This document shows, piece after piece, positions 26,500-48,971 of a stretch of 64,000 nt of DNA. A model generated the notes under the pieces. That model was not told the origin of the DNA. It saw only the letters and a program-made list of their open reading frames with translations, and made no database searches. This DNA is from the human T2T-CHM13v2.0 reference genome, Homo sapiens. Positions within the stretch are counted from its first letter, which is position 1, and the number at the start of each line of letters is the position of its first letter. The position numbers were made by a program, and so were the translations under genes. Location: NCBI RefSeq assembly GCF_009914755.1, contig NC_060925.1. One strand, 5' to 3'.

Positions 26500-27960
26500 A
26501 TTTAGAAGAATAATAACTCAATGAGAAATGTAAAGACTATATGAATATACCTATGTGACAGATGTGTAAAACTCAAATGAGGAAAACTTAAAACAGGATT
26601 GAAAGAAATGAAAATGTATTTAAATGAAATAATATACCACATTAATAAAATCATAACATCTTAAAGGACTTAACATCATAATGATTTAAATACTCTAAAC
26701 ATTAATTTACGAATGGAAATGCAATCTCAGTAAAATATTAAAAGGATATTTAGTTTGTTAATTTGCTTATTTTTGGGCAAGCTGGTCCTAAAGTTCACAT
26801 GGAAAAATGAGTCTAGCTAGAAAAATATTAAAAAGCAAGAGTAATGAAGGGGAGATATCCCTTTATGTATTAAGACATATAACAAAGCTTCAATAATTAA
26901 AACACTGTGGTACTGGCTCATGAGTAGAAAAGCAAACCATTGGAACAGTATAGAAAATAGAACTATATGCTTTGGGCATTTATTATATCAAAAATCCATG
27001 GGGAAGAATAGACTTTTTAATGAATGCTTTTGGGAAAACTAAACAGCCATCAGGATAAAGATCAAGTTGCAACCATTGTCCACATCATTTACTAGGATAA
27101 ACTCTAAAAGGATAAAATAATTTAAATGTAAAAAATTTAAATGTACTTGAAGAAACATATGTCCTTTTTTCTTGGAGTACGGAAGATCTTTAAAACTAAG
27201 ACTCTAAATCTAGAAGCCACAAAAAAAAAGATTTATAAATGGTCAAAAATACATTTTTTGAAGTCAAAAGACAATTGATAAACTAGGGAAAAAATTGTAA
27301 CTCATATTACACATAGCTTATCCTCTTAATATATAAAGATTTTCTAGACATTTGGGGAAAAAATCAACAGGAAAATGGGCAAAGGACATCAACAGATAGT
27401 TCTTGGAAAAAGAAATATGAAAGTGCCTTAAATATATGAAAATACACTCAACCCCACACGTAATGAAAGAATGCAAATTAAAATGACACTGAAATTCTGT
27501 TTTTCACTTAACAGATGGACAAAAATATAAAGTTGGGCAAAACCTTGGTGAAACTATAGGGAAGCAGACATGCTTTTTCCTTTCTGGGTAGAAAGGAACA
27601 AGATATACCTTTTCATATTGGTATGATTGGGGCTATATTCATGTACTGCCTATTTAAAATTGAAAAAAAGATGAATATGTTGCAAAAGGATCTATCAACA
27701 TGATAACTGTTTCCCTTTTAAAACATAATAATATGGATTGCTGACAGATACATACACATGTAATAAGTATAAAAAGGGAGCAAAGGATAGGGGATAAAGC
27801 TATAATTATTTATTTCTTAAAAATAAAAGAACTGAGGCATATATTGCAAAATGGCCTGTATAATATTGATGGCATGTAAATAGGCGTCTGTTGTTAAATG
27901 TTTTATGATTTTTTAACAAAGATAAATAGCACTCATATATGAAACCCAAGTATAGCTCCC
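26500..27960 (+). mobile_element. Ancient L1 (L1M/L1ME) ORF2 3' remnant
   Basis: Decayed matches such as acactgtggtactggc, aaaatgggcaaaggacatcaacaga; boundaries approximate. Confidence 0.65.
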
Positions 27961-28662
27961 TGATATCCTCAAGTCCTCTGGATTTTATAGTCCTGTAGTC
28001 ACCTAGTTCTTTACGTAAGTATTTCAGTGAAAGTAGTACTGCTCTCCATTCAAAGCACTTGATTTTCTTCAAATGACAGGAAATCTAAAGTTTGCATGGG
28101 CACCCTTCAATTAGAGTTTCCATTTCCAGTATACAGGAAACTGTCTCCTGCCACTGAAAGCAGCTCCCTTCTCTCTAGTCTGTGCTGCCCTAAATGTGAC
28201 AGCCCCATTTCTTTGATTCCTTTAAAGCACCACAGAAGCCATGTGATTGACTTCTGTGGTGCTTTATTTTAAGAGGATGAAGATGACTGTATTTTAAGAG
28301 GGTTGATGAATTTTTTGTTATCAGAGTAAAGCACAGTGAACAACCAAAAAATTAATATTAGACAATTTTGCTTTTTAAAAGTTTCTTTGACCTTCGTGAC
28401 ACCAAAATAATAATTATTGTTCTTTCCTGTTTCCTCTTCCCGTCCCTGTCCCTTCCTTTCCTTCTATCCCACCCTATTCTTCCTAAGGCCTCTGACCTTA
28501 TTTCTTAGCCACCCAAGAATACTACAGATTTGTCTCATTTCCCTGGCATAGTAATTCATCCCTCCCTTTTTTTTCTACTTTCTCTTTATAAATCATGTTG
28601 GAAGAACCTAATGTTAATTCTCAAATATACTTTCAGGGTGTTTAAATTAAAATGGAAAGCAG

Positions 28663-29515
<853 letters not shown>

Positions 29516-30659
29516 TTTTTCTTTTAAGGGAAAAAGGCAGTTTTCTCCCTCTTTCCTTTAAAATAATTTTCCAAATCTTTTTGTTTAGAAAACAAACTAA
29601 TTATCCAACAGCTGAAGTCCTAGGACCCTTGTGGTAGGAAAGATTTTCTTGGCAACATCTAGAGAATTAACATCTCTCCAAGTATACACTTAAAAGATTT
29701 ATAGTCCTTAACACAATATTGGGCCACAAAGTGGGTCTCAACTAATTCCAAAAAAGTGGTATGATGAAGACAATCATAATGGGTACAACAAGGTTACATT
29801 AGCTATCTTACGCTTAAATTTTAGTTAGATGTTGACATTAATCTAAAGCTTTCATTATTTATTCTTAAATTATGACAGATAGACCCATTGGTAATTTCGC
29901 ATGCCATTTCCAAAATTACTCTTTTGTAATATTTTAATGAAGTGTTACCTTTGTCCAATAACAGAATATTGTAACAATATTATAATATTTTATTTAAGCT
30001 ATTTTCTCTCCATATCTATATTTAACACTTGCCCTACTACCAGACATATTGGTCATCCCTGATTTTTTTCATTTTCCTTTAAGATAAAGCAAGATCTGTC
30101 TTGAAAAAAATATTAAAAGGCCATTGTCATTCCCTAGGACCCCAAAAATAAAGTCTGGAACCCTTTTTTGCTCTGATGTGGCCCCCTCCCTTTGACTTCA
30201 AGTGGACTCTTGCCCTCTCTTTGCCAAAATACATTCAGAAGAAAGACTCAGCGAGGTATTCTCAGGGAAATGTAAATGACTAAAGTCAATTCCAACCCGC
30301 TATAACTCTCCCATTGTAATAATGGAGTGGTTATAGGAATACAATGAGTACAAAATCACAGATAGGAGGAATTTTTTCAGTTGTATTGCAGTTTAAGGTG
30401 ACTATATATAGTTAACAGTATTGTATATTTCAAAATAACCTGAAGAGAAGATTTTGAATATTCTCCTGACAAAGAAATGATAAATGTTTGGACACCTTTG
30501 CAGGAAACAGTTTTCTTCCTTTCTATCTCTAATATGGTATCATAGCATGTGTAGTTACTTTTTTTTCTTTTGATTACATGTTTAATATATACAATATATA
30601 CTGTAGTGTTTAGTATATGAAATATTGTTATTATAGAGTAACATATGTAGTATAACTTA

Positions 30660-31620
30660 TATTAGTATGCTTTTGTTAAAATTAACAGAAAACTCAATTT
30701 GGCTTAAATAGTAGAGGGAACTGTTGTTTTATCCAATCAGAAAATCCAGAGATGGGGCAGGGTGTGATTGCTTTGATTAAGGTTTCAGTTTAATTTGTCT
30801 GAGATATTCTCAGTACTGCAGTCCTCCATACACTGGCTTGATTTCAGGCTGGCTTCATTTTTGGTGGCAGGACACCTTCTAATAATAACTGGGGCTGTCC
30901 ATATTACTGAACTAAAGGCCTGAACTTTACTCGAGTGGACTCGTCGCTTGTCTACCCTTGAGTCACCGTGTCCAAGTGACTGCCATACACTGATTGACTA
31001 GAGCTGAGGTTATGTTACTTTAGTGAATATTTGTTATGCCATATACTTGATTTTCCAAACTCTCTTGTAACTGTGGCTTTGACACACAACCTTGGCAAGT
31101 CAGACACAGCTGCATTAGAATCTGAACCTGAATCTAGTGAAAAAAGAATATTCACAGAGTCCATTTTGCTGAGGGTGACAGCAGTGGCAGTAGCTATAGC
31201 CATTTACCAGAAATAGCAGAGGCAGTGAGCAGTTCCAGTGCCAGCATCAGTCATGTATTGGTATGACAGTCACTGCTATCTGGATCCATTGATGATGGCA
31301 GACATGTTTTCATAAGACCAGTTCTGTAGATGATTTTGGCCATTGTTCCCAGCTGGATAGCTTGCAAGCCTAGTTCTGGCCCTCCTAGAGATTTTTAAAT
31401 AAATCAGTATGTTATTTTTTATTTTACATTAGCCTAAATTCATTTCTTTTATTTGCAGCTAAAAACCTTTACTGATACAGTACCTTTCTCTGATTCAATG
31501 TCTGGGGATTGGTGTTGCTCTTATTGTTCTAGACCAGTCAGAGCCTATTTCTGGAGCTGGGGATCTGATTAATTCCACCCAAACCATATGGCTGCTATCC
31601 AGTGAGAGAGAGGAGGGAAG
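30660..31620. mobile_element. Old MLT1(J/K)-like LTR split by an LTR16/LTR33-like element (~31013-31479)
   Basis: aacagaaaactcaatttggcttaaa start, ctgattg motif, inner tg...ctgataca element, MLT-like resumption ccacccaaacc; family calls tentative. Confidence 0.5.
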
Positions 31621-31725
31621 GACATTGGGATAGCCACCCCTAAAACAGAATGTTAATGGTCTTCAGTGTCTGCAGAGCAGACTCCCTAATTTGTTCTCTG
31701 TGTTTGTTTTCTTCTACCATTGAAG

Positions 31726-31897
31726 TGATACCAGTGACAGTCTTTCTGAAGCAGATGAAACCTTGATTGTTATCGAGGCTATAAGAGAAGCTAGTTTGCC
31801 AAAATGTCCTCCTGAAGATGTCCCACTTTTTGAAAATATTATAGGAGATATTTTTCCAGAAGTGACAGTTTTGAAAGTAAATCAACTTGCCTTGGAG
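31726..31897 (+). CDS. DNAH14: Exon DTSDSLSEADETLIVIEAIREASLPKCPPEDVPLFENIIGDIFP...ALE
   Basis: Donor GAG|gtaaaa; first AG after the pyrimidine tract ends at 31725 (in-frame alternatives end at 31734 and 31740, so the start is uncertain by up to 15 nt); matches dynein NLPKF...DxPLFxxIxxDLFP. Confidence 0.88.
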
Positions 31898-32089
31898 GTA
31901 AAAAGACCTTTGAAAATCATCACCAATTATTTGGATGTGGAATATCAATTAAGAAACTAGATGTGGATTAAAAATATTACAGTTCTTCCTAAATTCTTTA
32001 TTCATGTTATAATTGAGGGGATAAAAATACTTGGAGATATATAGTGCCCCTTGGGGAAAAAAAGAGCTTTCAGTATATTATGTCCTAAT

Positions 32090-32240
32090 GGAAATAAGAA
32101 TGAACCATGTACCTTTAGGCAAGGATGATCATTATATATTTTGTTTCTCAATTTTTTCATCTTTTGAAATGAGGATAATAGTGTCTGTTCTTCCCACTTT
32201 GAAAGGGTGCCTAGAGAATCAAATTAGATCAGCATTATGA
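32090..32240. mobile_element. MIR
   Basis: ctcaatttttcatcttttgaaatgaggataatagt core. Confidence 0.6.
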
Positions 32241-33499
32241 AAAAACTTAAATTGTAAATATTCTGTAATTATTAAAATTACATATTATAATGACAAAGTC
32301 CTTTATTGTTTCTCTTATATCTATAGCCTCACAGTCATTGCCTTAATCTAGGTAAGAACTCAATGTCTCTTGTTAATATTTTTACATAGCTTCCTACCAC
32401 ACCCTGCATTCCAGTATTTTCCCATATGGCCACCAGAGTTGTTTTCCTAAAATATACATTTGACCACGTTAGCAAAGCAACTGTTGGCTTAATGTTGTCT
32501 GCAGTACAAAATTGAAATTAAGTATTTTAACATATAATGCCCTTCACAATCTGGCTGGACAGGTTGTCTTTTCAATATATCCTGTTCTTCCTTCCTCTGT
32601 CTCTTCCTTTCTTCCCTGTTCTTTCTACCTTGAGCTTCTGTTCTCTGACTTTTCCAGGATTTTATCAGGTGTCAGGCCATTAAACATGTTGATTCCTTTC
32701 CCTGAAATCCAACCTGTCTTCAAAAAAATACTTTTAAAATTTATTTAGAAAACAAACCACTTCATAATTATTTGTTCTTTAAATATAACTAATAGGCTAT
32801 GTACATAACTTTATACACAACAAGCACAGAATTCATATTATTTCTGAGCACACATGAAAAACTTACACACACAGAAAGACCATTTATTAGGTGATGTAGG
32901 AAAGTTTGAAAATCTCCCTTGAAAACCATCTGGACCAGGAGTTATGAGAGGATGGCTCTTTCATGGTTCTAATCTGTGAAATTAAATCTAAAATTTATGA
33001 ATTTAAAATTTATATCTCTTCTAGTATCAATTTTGTTAAACAAGATAGATACTCCCATTTCATTCAAGTTTTAAAATATAGAGTTCAACAAACCACTATC
33101 TTAAGATTCTTTCAGTTTCATGTTTCTGAGATTATTTGCTCAGTCATTTCTTATTTTCCTAATTTGTGTCTTCTTCCTTGATTGCATTGTCTGTTTATCT
33201 GATATATTATTTTTTTCTCAAAAAACTAGCCTTCTTTCTGTTCACTTAATATATCTTTTTCTGTTTCCAAACTCTTTGGTATCTGTTTTAAACTTTTAAA
33301 ATATCCTTATTCTTCTGGGTTTTGTTTCTATTCTGTTTCCAGCTTTTTTAGTAAGAAGTCTAATTCATTTGTTTTCTTCTTCCTTTTACTAATATAAGCT
33401 TATAAGATTTTCAAATTCCCTCTAAGTGCTGCTTTAGTTATATATACTGTAAGTTCAGATATGTAGGAATTTCATAGTCATTTTCATATTCGTATTCAT

Positions 33500-36315
<2,816 letters not shown>

Positions 36316-37964
36316 TCCTGCAATTTATATATTTAGCCTTTTGCATGTATCAGGGTTTCCTATATTACCTAATAAATGGTCTTTTTTTAGTGTTTAATGT
36401 ATGCTAAAAAATAATATGTTCTGTGCCTATTGGGTATAAAGTTATAAACAAGTATATATAGGCTATTAATTGTATTTTTCAGAGATTTGATGTCTCTAAT
36501 TCTTTATTTATCCATCTGTTTCTGCAGGAGGTATGTTAAGATTTTAACTAAATCACTGAGATAGCTATTTCTTCTGCACATCTGTCAGTTGTTGTTGTTG
36601 TATATACTTTAAAGTTGTAAGTTATATATGTATTCCTATCTTCTCACTCTTTTATCAGCCTCCTATATCCCTCTTTGGCCCACTGGTGATTTCTTGTCTT
36701 AATATCTATTCAGTCAGATAATAAAATTTTATCCAATTTTTTGATGCTAGGTTTATCTTCAAAAGTTCTTTTTCCATCCTTTTGTTTTTCAAACTTTCTA
36801 TATCTTTGTTTGAACTGTCTATCTTATAGGACATATATTGATGGCCTTTGTTTTCTTATAATCAAATCTGTGATTATCTGTCCTGTATTTACTGATTTTT
36901 AACTTTTTCTATACAATGTATCCTGTTGTCTTAAGATATATTACTGTTATTATTGAATTTATTTTTGCCTCAGTATTTTCTCTCTTTTCCTGCTCACTAT
37001 GGGGTAGATCGAGTTTTCTTCTTTGTTTGTTATATTTATTCTCTTTTAGCTGAAGACTGACATTCATGCCTCTTTTAGCTGATGCCTCTTTTAGCTGAAG
37101 ACTGACATTCATCATTATTTGCCCCTAGGATCAAAATGTTTTCATATCTATATTTGTCCCTTTCAAGATAAGTACTTTAGTACACTCTTTGGTCTTCCCC
37201 ACACTTCCACTCTCATTATGTTGATGCTATGTAGAATTATAATTCCTGGTTGTTATAGAAATGTTTTATCTCTCTTTTTTCCTTGGACTTCTGCACACTC
37301 CTGCTTGTGCTCTCTCTCTCTCTTTTAGAAAATAGTAAACTCATAAGAAATTGTTTCAAACTTACTTTTTATATCTATTATAGGCTTATCTTCAATTTAT
37401 TCCTCTGTTTGAGTACTTCTTCCAAGAGAGTTCTCAGAGTAGGTTTTTGTGTAGCAAACCTTCTGAGAACTTTAATATTTGAGACTGTTTTTGATATACC
37501 CTCATATCTGAATGGCAAATTCATTATAAAATTCTAACTTTAAAGTTATTTTCCTTTAATATATTAAAATCTCTAATTCTTTAAAAATATTATTCCATTT
37601 TCCTGTTGCTCCAGGGTCACTCTGAAGAAGGTCAATGTCACTTCAATATTTATTATTTTATAGTGTATCTACTCTTTCTCTTCGTATGCCCTTAAAATTT
37701 TCACTTTGCCTTTAATGTTCATAATATCACTATAAATTCTCTAGTTGTGAGTTTGGTACTCTTTTAGCCCTTTTAATATATACTCTTTTATTTTTAGTTC
37801 TCTAAATTAACAGGAGTCTTAAACTGTGAGATCCTTTGTTTCACATGATTGAATGAGTTGGACTTTTCTGTTTCAAGAGTTTGCAGCATCCAAGCTCCAA
37901 TAAAACTAAGCTTAGTTATTTTCTTAGTACTTACATGTGTTCTGGATTTTATAGATTTTGTTTT

Positions 37965-38296
37965 TTTTTTTTACTTGTTTGTTTGGTTGGTTGGTTGGTT
38001 GGTTGGTTGGTTTTTGAGACAGGGTTTCAGTCTGTCACCCAGGCTTGAGTGCAGTGACCTGTTCTCATCTCACTGCAGCCTCGACCTCGGGCTCAAGCAA
38101 TCCTCCTGCCTCAGTCCCCCAAGTAGCTAGGACTACAGGCACCCACCACCATTCCCAGCTAATTTTTTTTATTTTTTGTAGAGACAAGGTTTTGCCGTGT
38201 TGCTCAGGCTGATCTCGAACTCCTGGGCTCAAGCCGTCCGTCTGCCTCAGCCTCCCAAAGTGCTGGGGTTACAGTAGTGAGACACCGCGCATGGCC
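37965..38296 (-). mobile_element. AluJ with (GGTT)n tail-derived microsatellite
   Basis: cctgggctcaagc J-type diagnostics; (ttgg)n ~37983-38010. Confidence 0.88.
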
Positions 38297-40350
38297 TCAT
38301 ATTTTTTTATTTTAATGAAAATGCGATTTGATGTTTTTTTCCTTGTTGCTCTGTGAGATTTTCAGAAGTACAATAGATACTTGTCTTTAAACTGATGCCC
38401 ATATTTTGAAGATTTTGATTTATATTTATATTTTGAGAATTTTCATTTTTTTTTAAGAAAATAAAAATATCAGTTGGCAAGTTTTGCTTTCTCTCCCTTT
38501 TATAAGTATTCTTGCATCTCTCTCTGGCAGGGCCTACAAACTTTCCGCTCTTCTCCAGTTGTAAGTTTTGGGTGCCTCTTGTGCTAGTTTTAACATTTTT
38601 CAAGTATTTCCACATGCCCATCAATGGTTTTACTTTTGAGCCTTCTTATATATTCATCTTTTCATCAGCTTTACAAGTCAGTATATGTGGCAGTCTGAGC
38701 TTATGGAAAAGTTTTCTATATAAACACACCAGTTTATTCAGCTACCCCATTTGTATTATACCCACATTTGTATAATTTTTACATTAATAACTATGCCAGC
38801 TGTCAACTGTTTAATAAATTGTTACTCACCAAATTGTAATATATGATTAATAGAAATATAGAAATATCACAAAGATCGTAATTTAAAATTATGATGGTTT
38901 TAATATTAAATTTGGAGTGATGCAATTTTTTATTTAATGTTGCATTTTTGATGGCTTACACAGTGACCAGCCATGTGTAACATACCCACATAGGAATATA
39001 TCTTATTTAAAAATATTCTGTAGTTGTGCTATTTATACTATTTGCTCACTTGAGATACAAGAATCTGAATCACATTTAATAGGCAATTGTGATCTGTCTG
39101 ACTTATTTACATATCTGTCTCTAACACATCCAAAGTGTGTGTCATTATCGCCAAGTAACTAAAAGATTAACTGAGAATTGTTGAAACCGCATCATTGAAT
39201 AAGAACTACATATAGTTTGCCATCCAGCTGATTCTAAGGAACATCATATACAGCCACGAATATTTTATAGTAGGATTATGATTTTATTTCAAAACATTCC
39301 AAAGTAAGAAATTTGTGAAACTCATTAGCCAGGTGGGATAACCTGTCTGAGTATCTCTTTAATTATCCCAACCCTACGATCTGTGCATACAATGCTATTC
39401 TTATTCTATACCTATGTGATTTCTTGCTTATATTCAGGTAGGTATCTAGGCTTATGTTATTAACTGCAGAGGATTCATAAGTTCAGGCCTGAAGTGGGCA
39501 GTCTCATCAATTCCACTTAAGAGAGCAATTCCATTTGATCTTTTAAAAAATTCTGTCAACTGATTGCCTACCTCCAGTTATTGCCATAGAAGCTGCCTTT
39601 TTCTCCATTGTACAGTCCTACTGAGTATTTCCTTCACCTGCTTTGTTCTGTCTCAATGTAGGGATGCAAGGAATGAAAAATGGAATGGAAGAGATCTGTG
39701 AGAAAGAAAAGATAAATCCCACTTTTTTCTGTAGACATAGTTACCAATTCTATCTACAGTGAAATAAACCCTCCTTTAGAAGGAAGCACAGTTTCCCTTA
39801 TAATACCTTGGTTAAAATATTAAGTATCTTTCCAAGCTGCAGCTGCTCTTTGGACTATTTTAACTTATAACCACATCATGTCTTTAATCTTGTAAATTTT
39901 ATTTACTGTCTTAAAATATTCTTAACATTGAAACACTAAAATAATCATTACAAAATTGAAAACCTGTCTTAATAATGATTAGAATTACAAAAAGGTCTAC
40001 AACCTTTTATGTTTTCTTTTAGTGTAGGATAATTAGATGGTTATACACTGATAACCTCTCATAACCTCTGGTTTTTAAATGTTAAGCAATGGGTTCTTAA
40101 TCTAGGGAAGGATCTATGAATTTGCTATCAGGTGTCTGTGAACATAAAATTTTGTGTTCACTGTATTTTTCTGCAGACAGTAGTAATAGTTTTTACTATT
40201 CTCAGAGACAGAGGTTGGTGAACTAAAAAATCAAGAATTACTATCTTAAAGAGCGGTAATTGGTACCTAGTTAAGAGAGATTTTGGAAGATAAAAATTTA
40301 AGAGTTTCATTTGCAATGCATTTTAAATTTATGTATTTATTTCCTTTTAG

Positions 40351-40440
40351 AAAGTAATATATACTGCAACTCAGCAATTGGGTTTACAAAACTGGTCATC
40401 TCAGAAAGAGAAGATTATACAGTTTTATAATCAACTTCAG
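40351..40440 (+). CDS. DNAH14: 90-nt exon KVIYTATQQLGLQNWSSQKEKIIQFYNQLQ (not in ORF track)
   Basis: ttccttttag|AAA acceptor, CAG|gtaagt donor; phase 0/0; matches dynein LQ...KxxQLYE segment before AAA2. Confidence 0.9.
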
Positions 40441-40595
40441 GTAAGTATAAAATGGCATGTTAGCAATCCTTTGCCTGTATTTCAATAGGAATTAATAAAA
40501 TAAAGGGCAAAAATAATAATAAAAGAGAGCTGTTACAGGTATAATTTTTTTTAATTAAAGTCATTTATTAATTGTTAGTCAAGGCTTTATTATTT

Positions 40596-46700
<6,105 letters not shown>

Positions 46701-48113
46701 CAATATGAATTCTTGCAATCCATGAACACAGGATATCTTTCCATTTATTTGTGTCCTGTTTACTTTCTTTAATAAGTGTTTTATAGATGATGATATATGT
46801 TTTGTAGAGATCTTTCACCTTCTAGGTATTTCATATTTTTGTAACTATTATAAATGGAATGCTTTCTTAATTTCTTTCTCAGTCAGTGTTGCTACTGGCA
46901 TATAGAAATGCTACTGATTTTTGTATGTTTATTTTGTATTCTGCAACCTTATTAAATTCATTTATTAGTTTTAAAAGCTTTTTGGTGGAGTCGTTAGTAC
47001 TTTCTGTATAGATGATCATGTCATCTGCAAACAGGACAGCTTAAATTTCTCCTTTCTAATTTGGATGTCTTTTATTCCTTTCTGGTGCCTAATTGCTCTG
47101 CCTAGAACTTCCAGTAACATATTGAGGAAATGTGGTGAAAGTGAGCATCTTCATCTTGTCCCAGATCTTAGAAGAAAGGCTTTCAACTTTTTCCTGTTCA
47201 GGATGATGTTAGCTGTGGGTTTGTCGTATATTCACTTTATTGTGTTGATGTATGTCCCTTCTATGCCCAGTTTGTTTAAGGTTTTTTTTATTATAAAGGT
47301 ATGCTGATTTTTGTAAATGCTTTTTCAGCATCAATAGTAATGATAAGGTGGTATTTGTCCCAGATTTTGTTAATGAGATATATCGTGTTTACTGTTTTGC
47401 ATATGTTGAACAATCCTTTCATTGCTGGGATGAATCCCTCTTGATCATGGTTAATGATCTTTTTAATGTCTTGTTAAATTCAGTTTGCTAGTATTACATT
47501 CAGAATTTTTGCATCTATGTTCATCAAGGATATTAGTCAGTGGTTTCCTTTTTTGTTGTGTTCTTATCTGGTGTTGATATCAGAGTAATGCCAGCTTCAT
47601 AGAACACATTGGGAATCATTTTCTTGAAGAATCTGAGTAGAATTGGTATTAGTTCTTCTTTAAAAGTTTGGTAGAATTCAGCAGTGAAGCCATCACATCC
47701 TGGGCTTTTCTTTGATGGAAAACTCTTTATTACTCATTATTGACCTGCATAGGTTTTCTTTTCTTCGTAATTCAATCTTGATAAGTTGTATGTGTCCAGC
47801 AATATATCAGTTTCTTCTAGGTTTTCTAATTTGTTGGCATATAGTTGTTCATAGTAGTCTTTTATGATCCTTTATATTTCTGTGGTATCAGCTATAATGT
47901 CTCCTTTTTCTTCTCTGATTTTATTTATGTGAGTCTTTTATTGTTAGTCTAGTGAAAGATTTGTTGATTTTTAAAAATCTTTTCAATAAACAAGGTGTTT
48001 GTTTTATTGATCTTTTGTATTTTTTACTCCCTATTCTCTCATCTTTATTTTTTGGGTTTTGATTGTTCTTATTTTTCTAGTTTCTTGAGGTGTAAGTGTG
48101 TTTATTTTGGATC

Positions 48114-48465
48114 TTTTTTTTTTTTTTTTTTTTGAGATGGAGTATCACTCTGTCCCCCTAACTAGAGTGCACTGGTGCGATCTCAGCTCACTGCTGAGAC
48201 TTAGTTAGTAAGTCTCACAGGACCTGATGGTTTTTATTTTCCTGCACAAGCTCTGCACCTCCAGGGTTCAAGCGATTCTCCTGCCTCAGCCTCCTGAGTA
48301 GCTGGGACTACAGGCACCCACCATGCCCGGCTAATTTTTGTATTTTTAGTAGAGACAGGGCTTCACTATGTTGCCCAGACTGGTCTTGAACTCTTGACCT
48401 CGTGATCCACCCACCTCGGACTCCCAAAGTGCTCGGATTACAGGCATGAGCCACCACACCCGGCC
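48114..48465 (-). mobile_element. AluS with ~58-bp non-Alu insertion
   Basis: Alu interrupted at 48195-48252; no clear TSD. Confidence 0.9.
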
Positions 48466-48971
48466 AAACTTCCTTCTTAAAGGAAAGAATGCATTATGTT
48501 TATCCAACTTCCTTCCTTCCTTGCTTTTGCTATATCCTATTGGTTTAGGTATGTGGTGTTTCCATTTTCATTTCTCTCAAGGAATTTTTTAAATTATTTT
48601 TTAATTTTTTTCATTGACCCATTGCTTGTACATGAGCACATTGTTTAATTTCCACATATTTGTACAATTTCCAAAGTTCCTTCTGTTACTGATACTTAGT
48701 TTTATTTCATTGTTCTCAGAAAAGATACTTGATTGGATTTCCATTTTTCAAAAATAGTGAAGAGTTGTTTTGTGGCTTAATATATGGTTTGTCTTTGAAA
48801 ATGTTCCATGTGCTGTTAAAAATAATGTCTATGTTATATCTGTTGGGGGAAATATTCTATTAGGTTCACTTCGTCTAGATTGCAGTTTAACTCTTATGTT
48901 TCTTTATTTTCTGTCTATATGAGTTATCCATTGATGACAGTAGGGTGTTGAAATTTCCTACTATTATTGTA

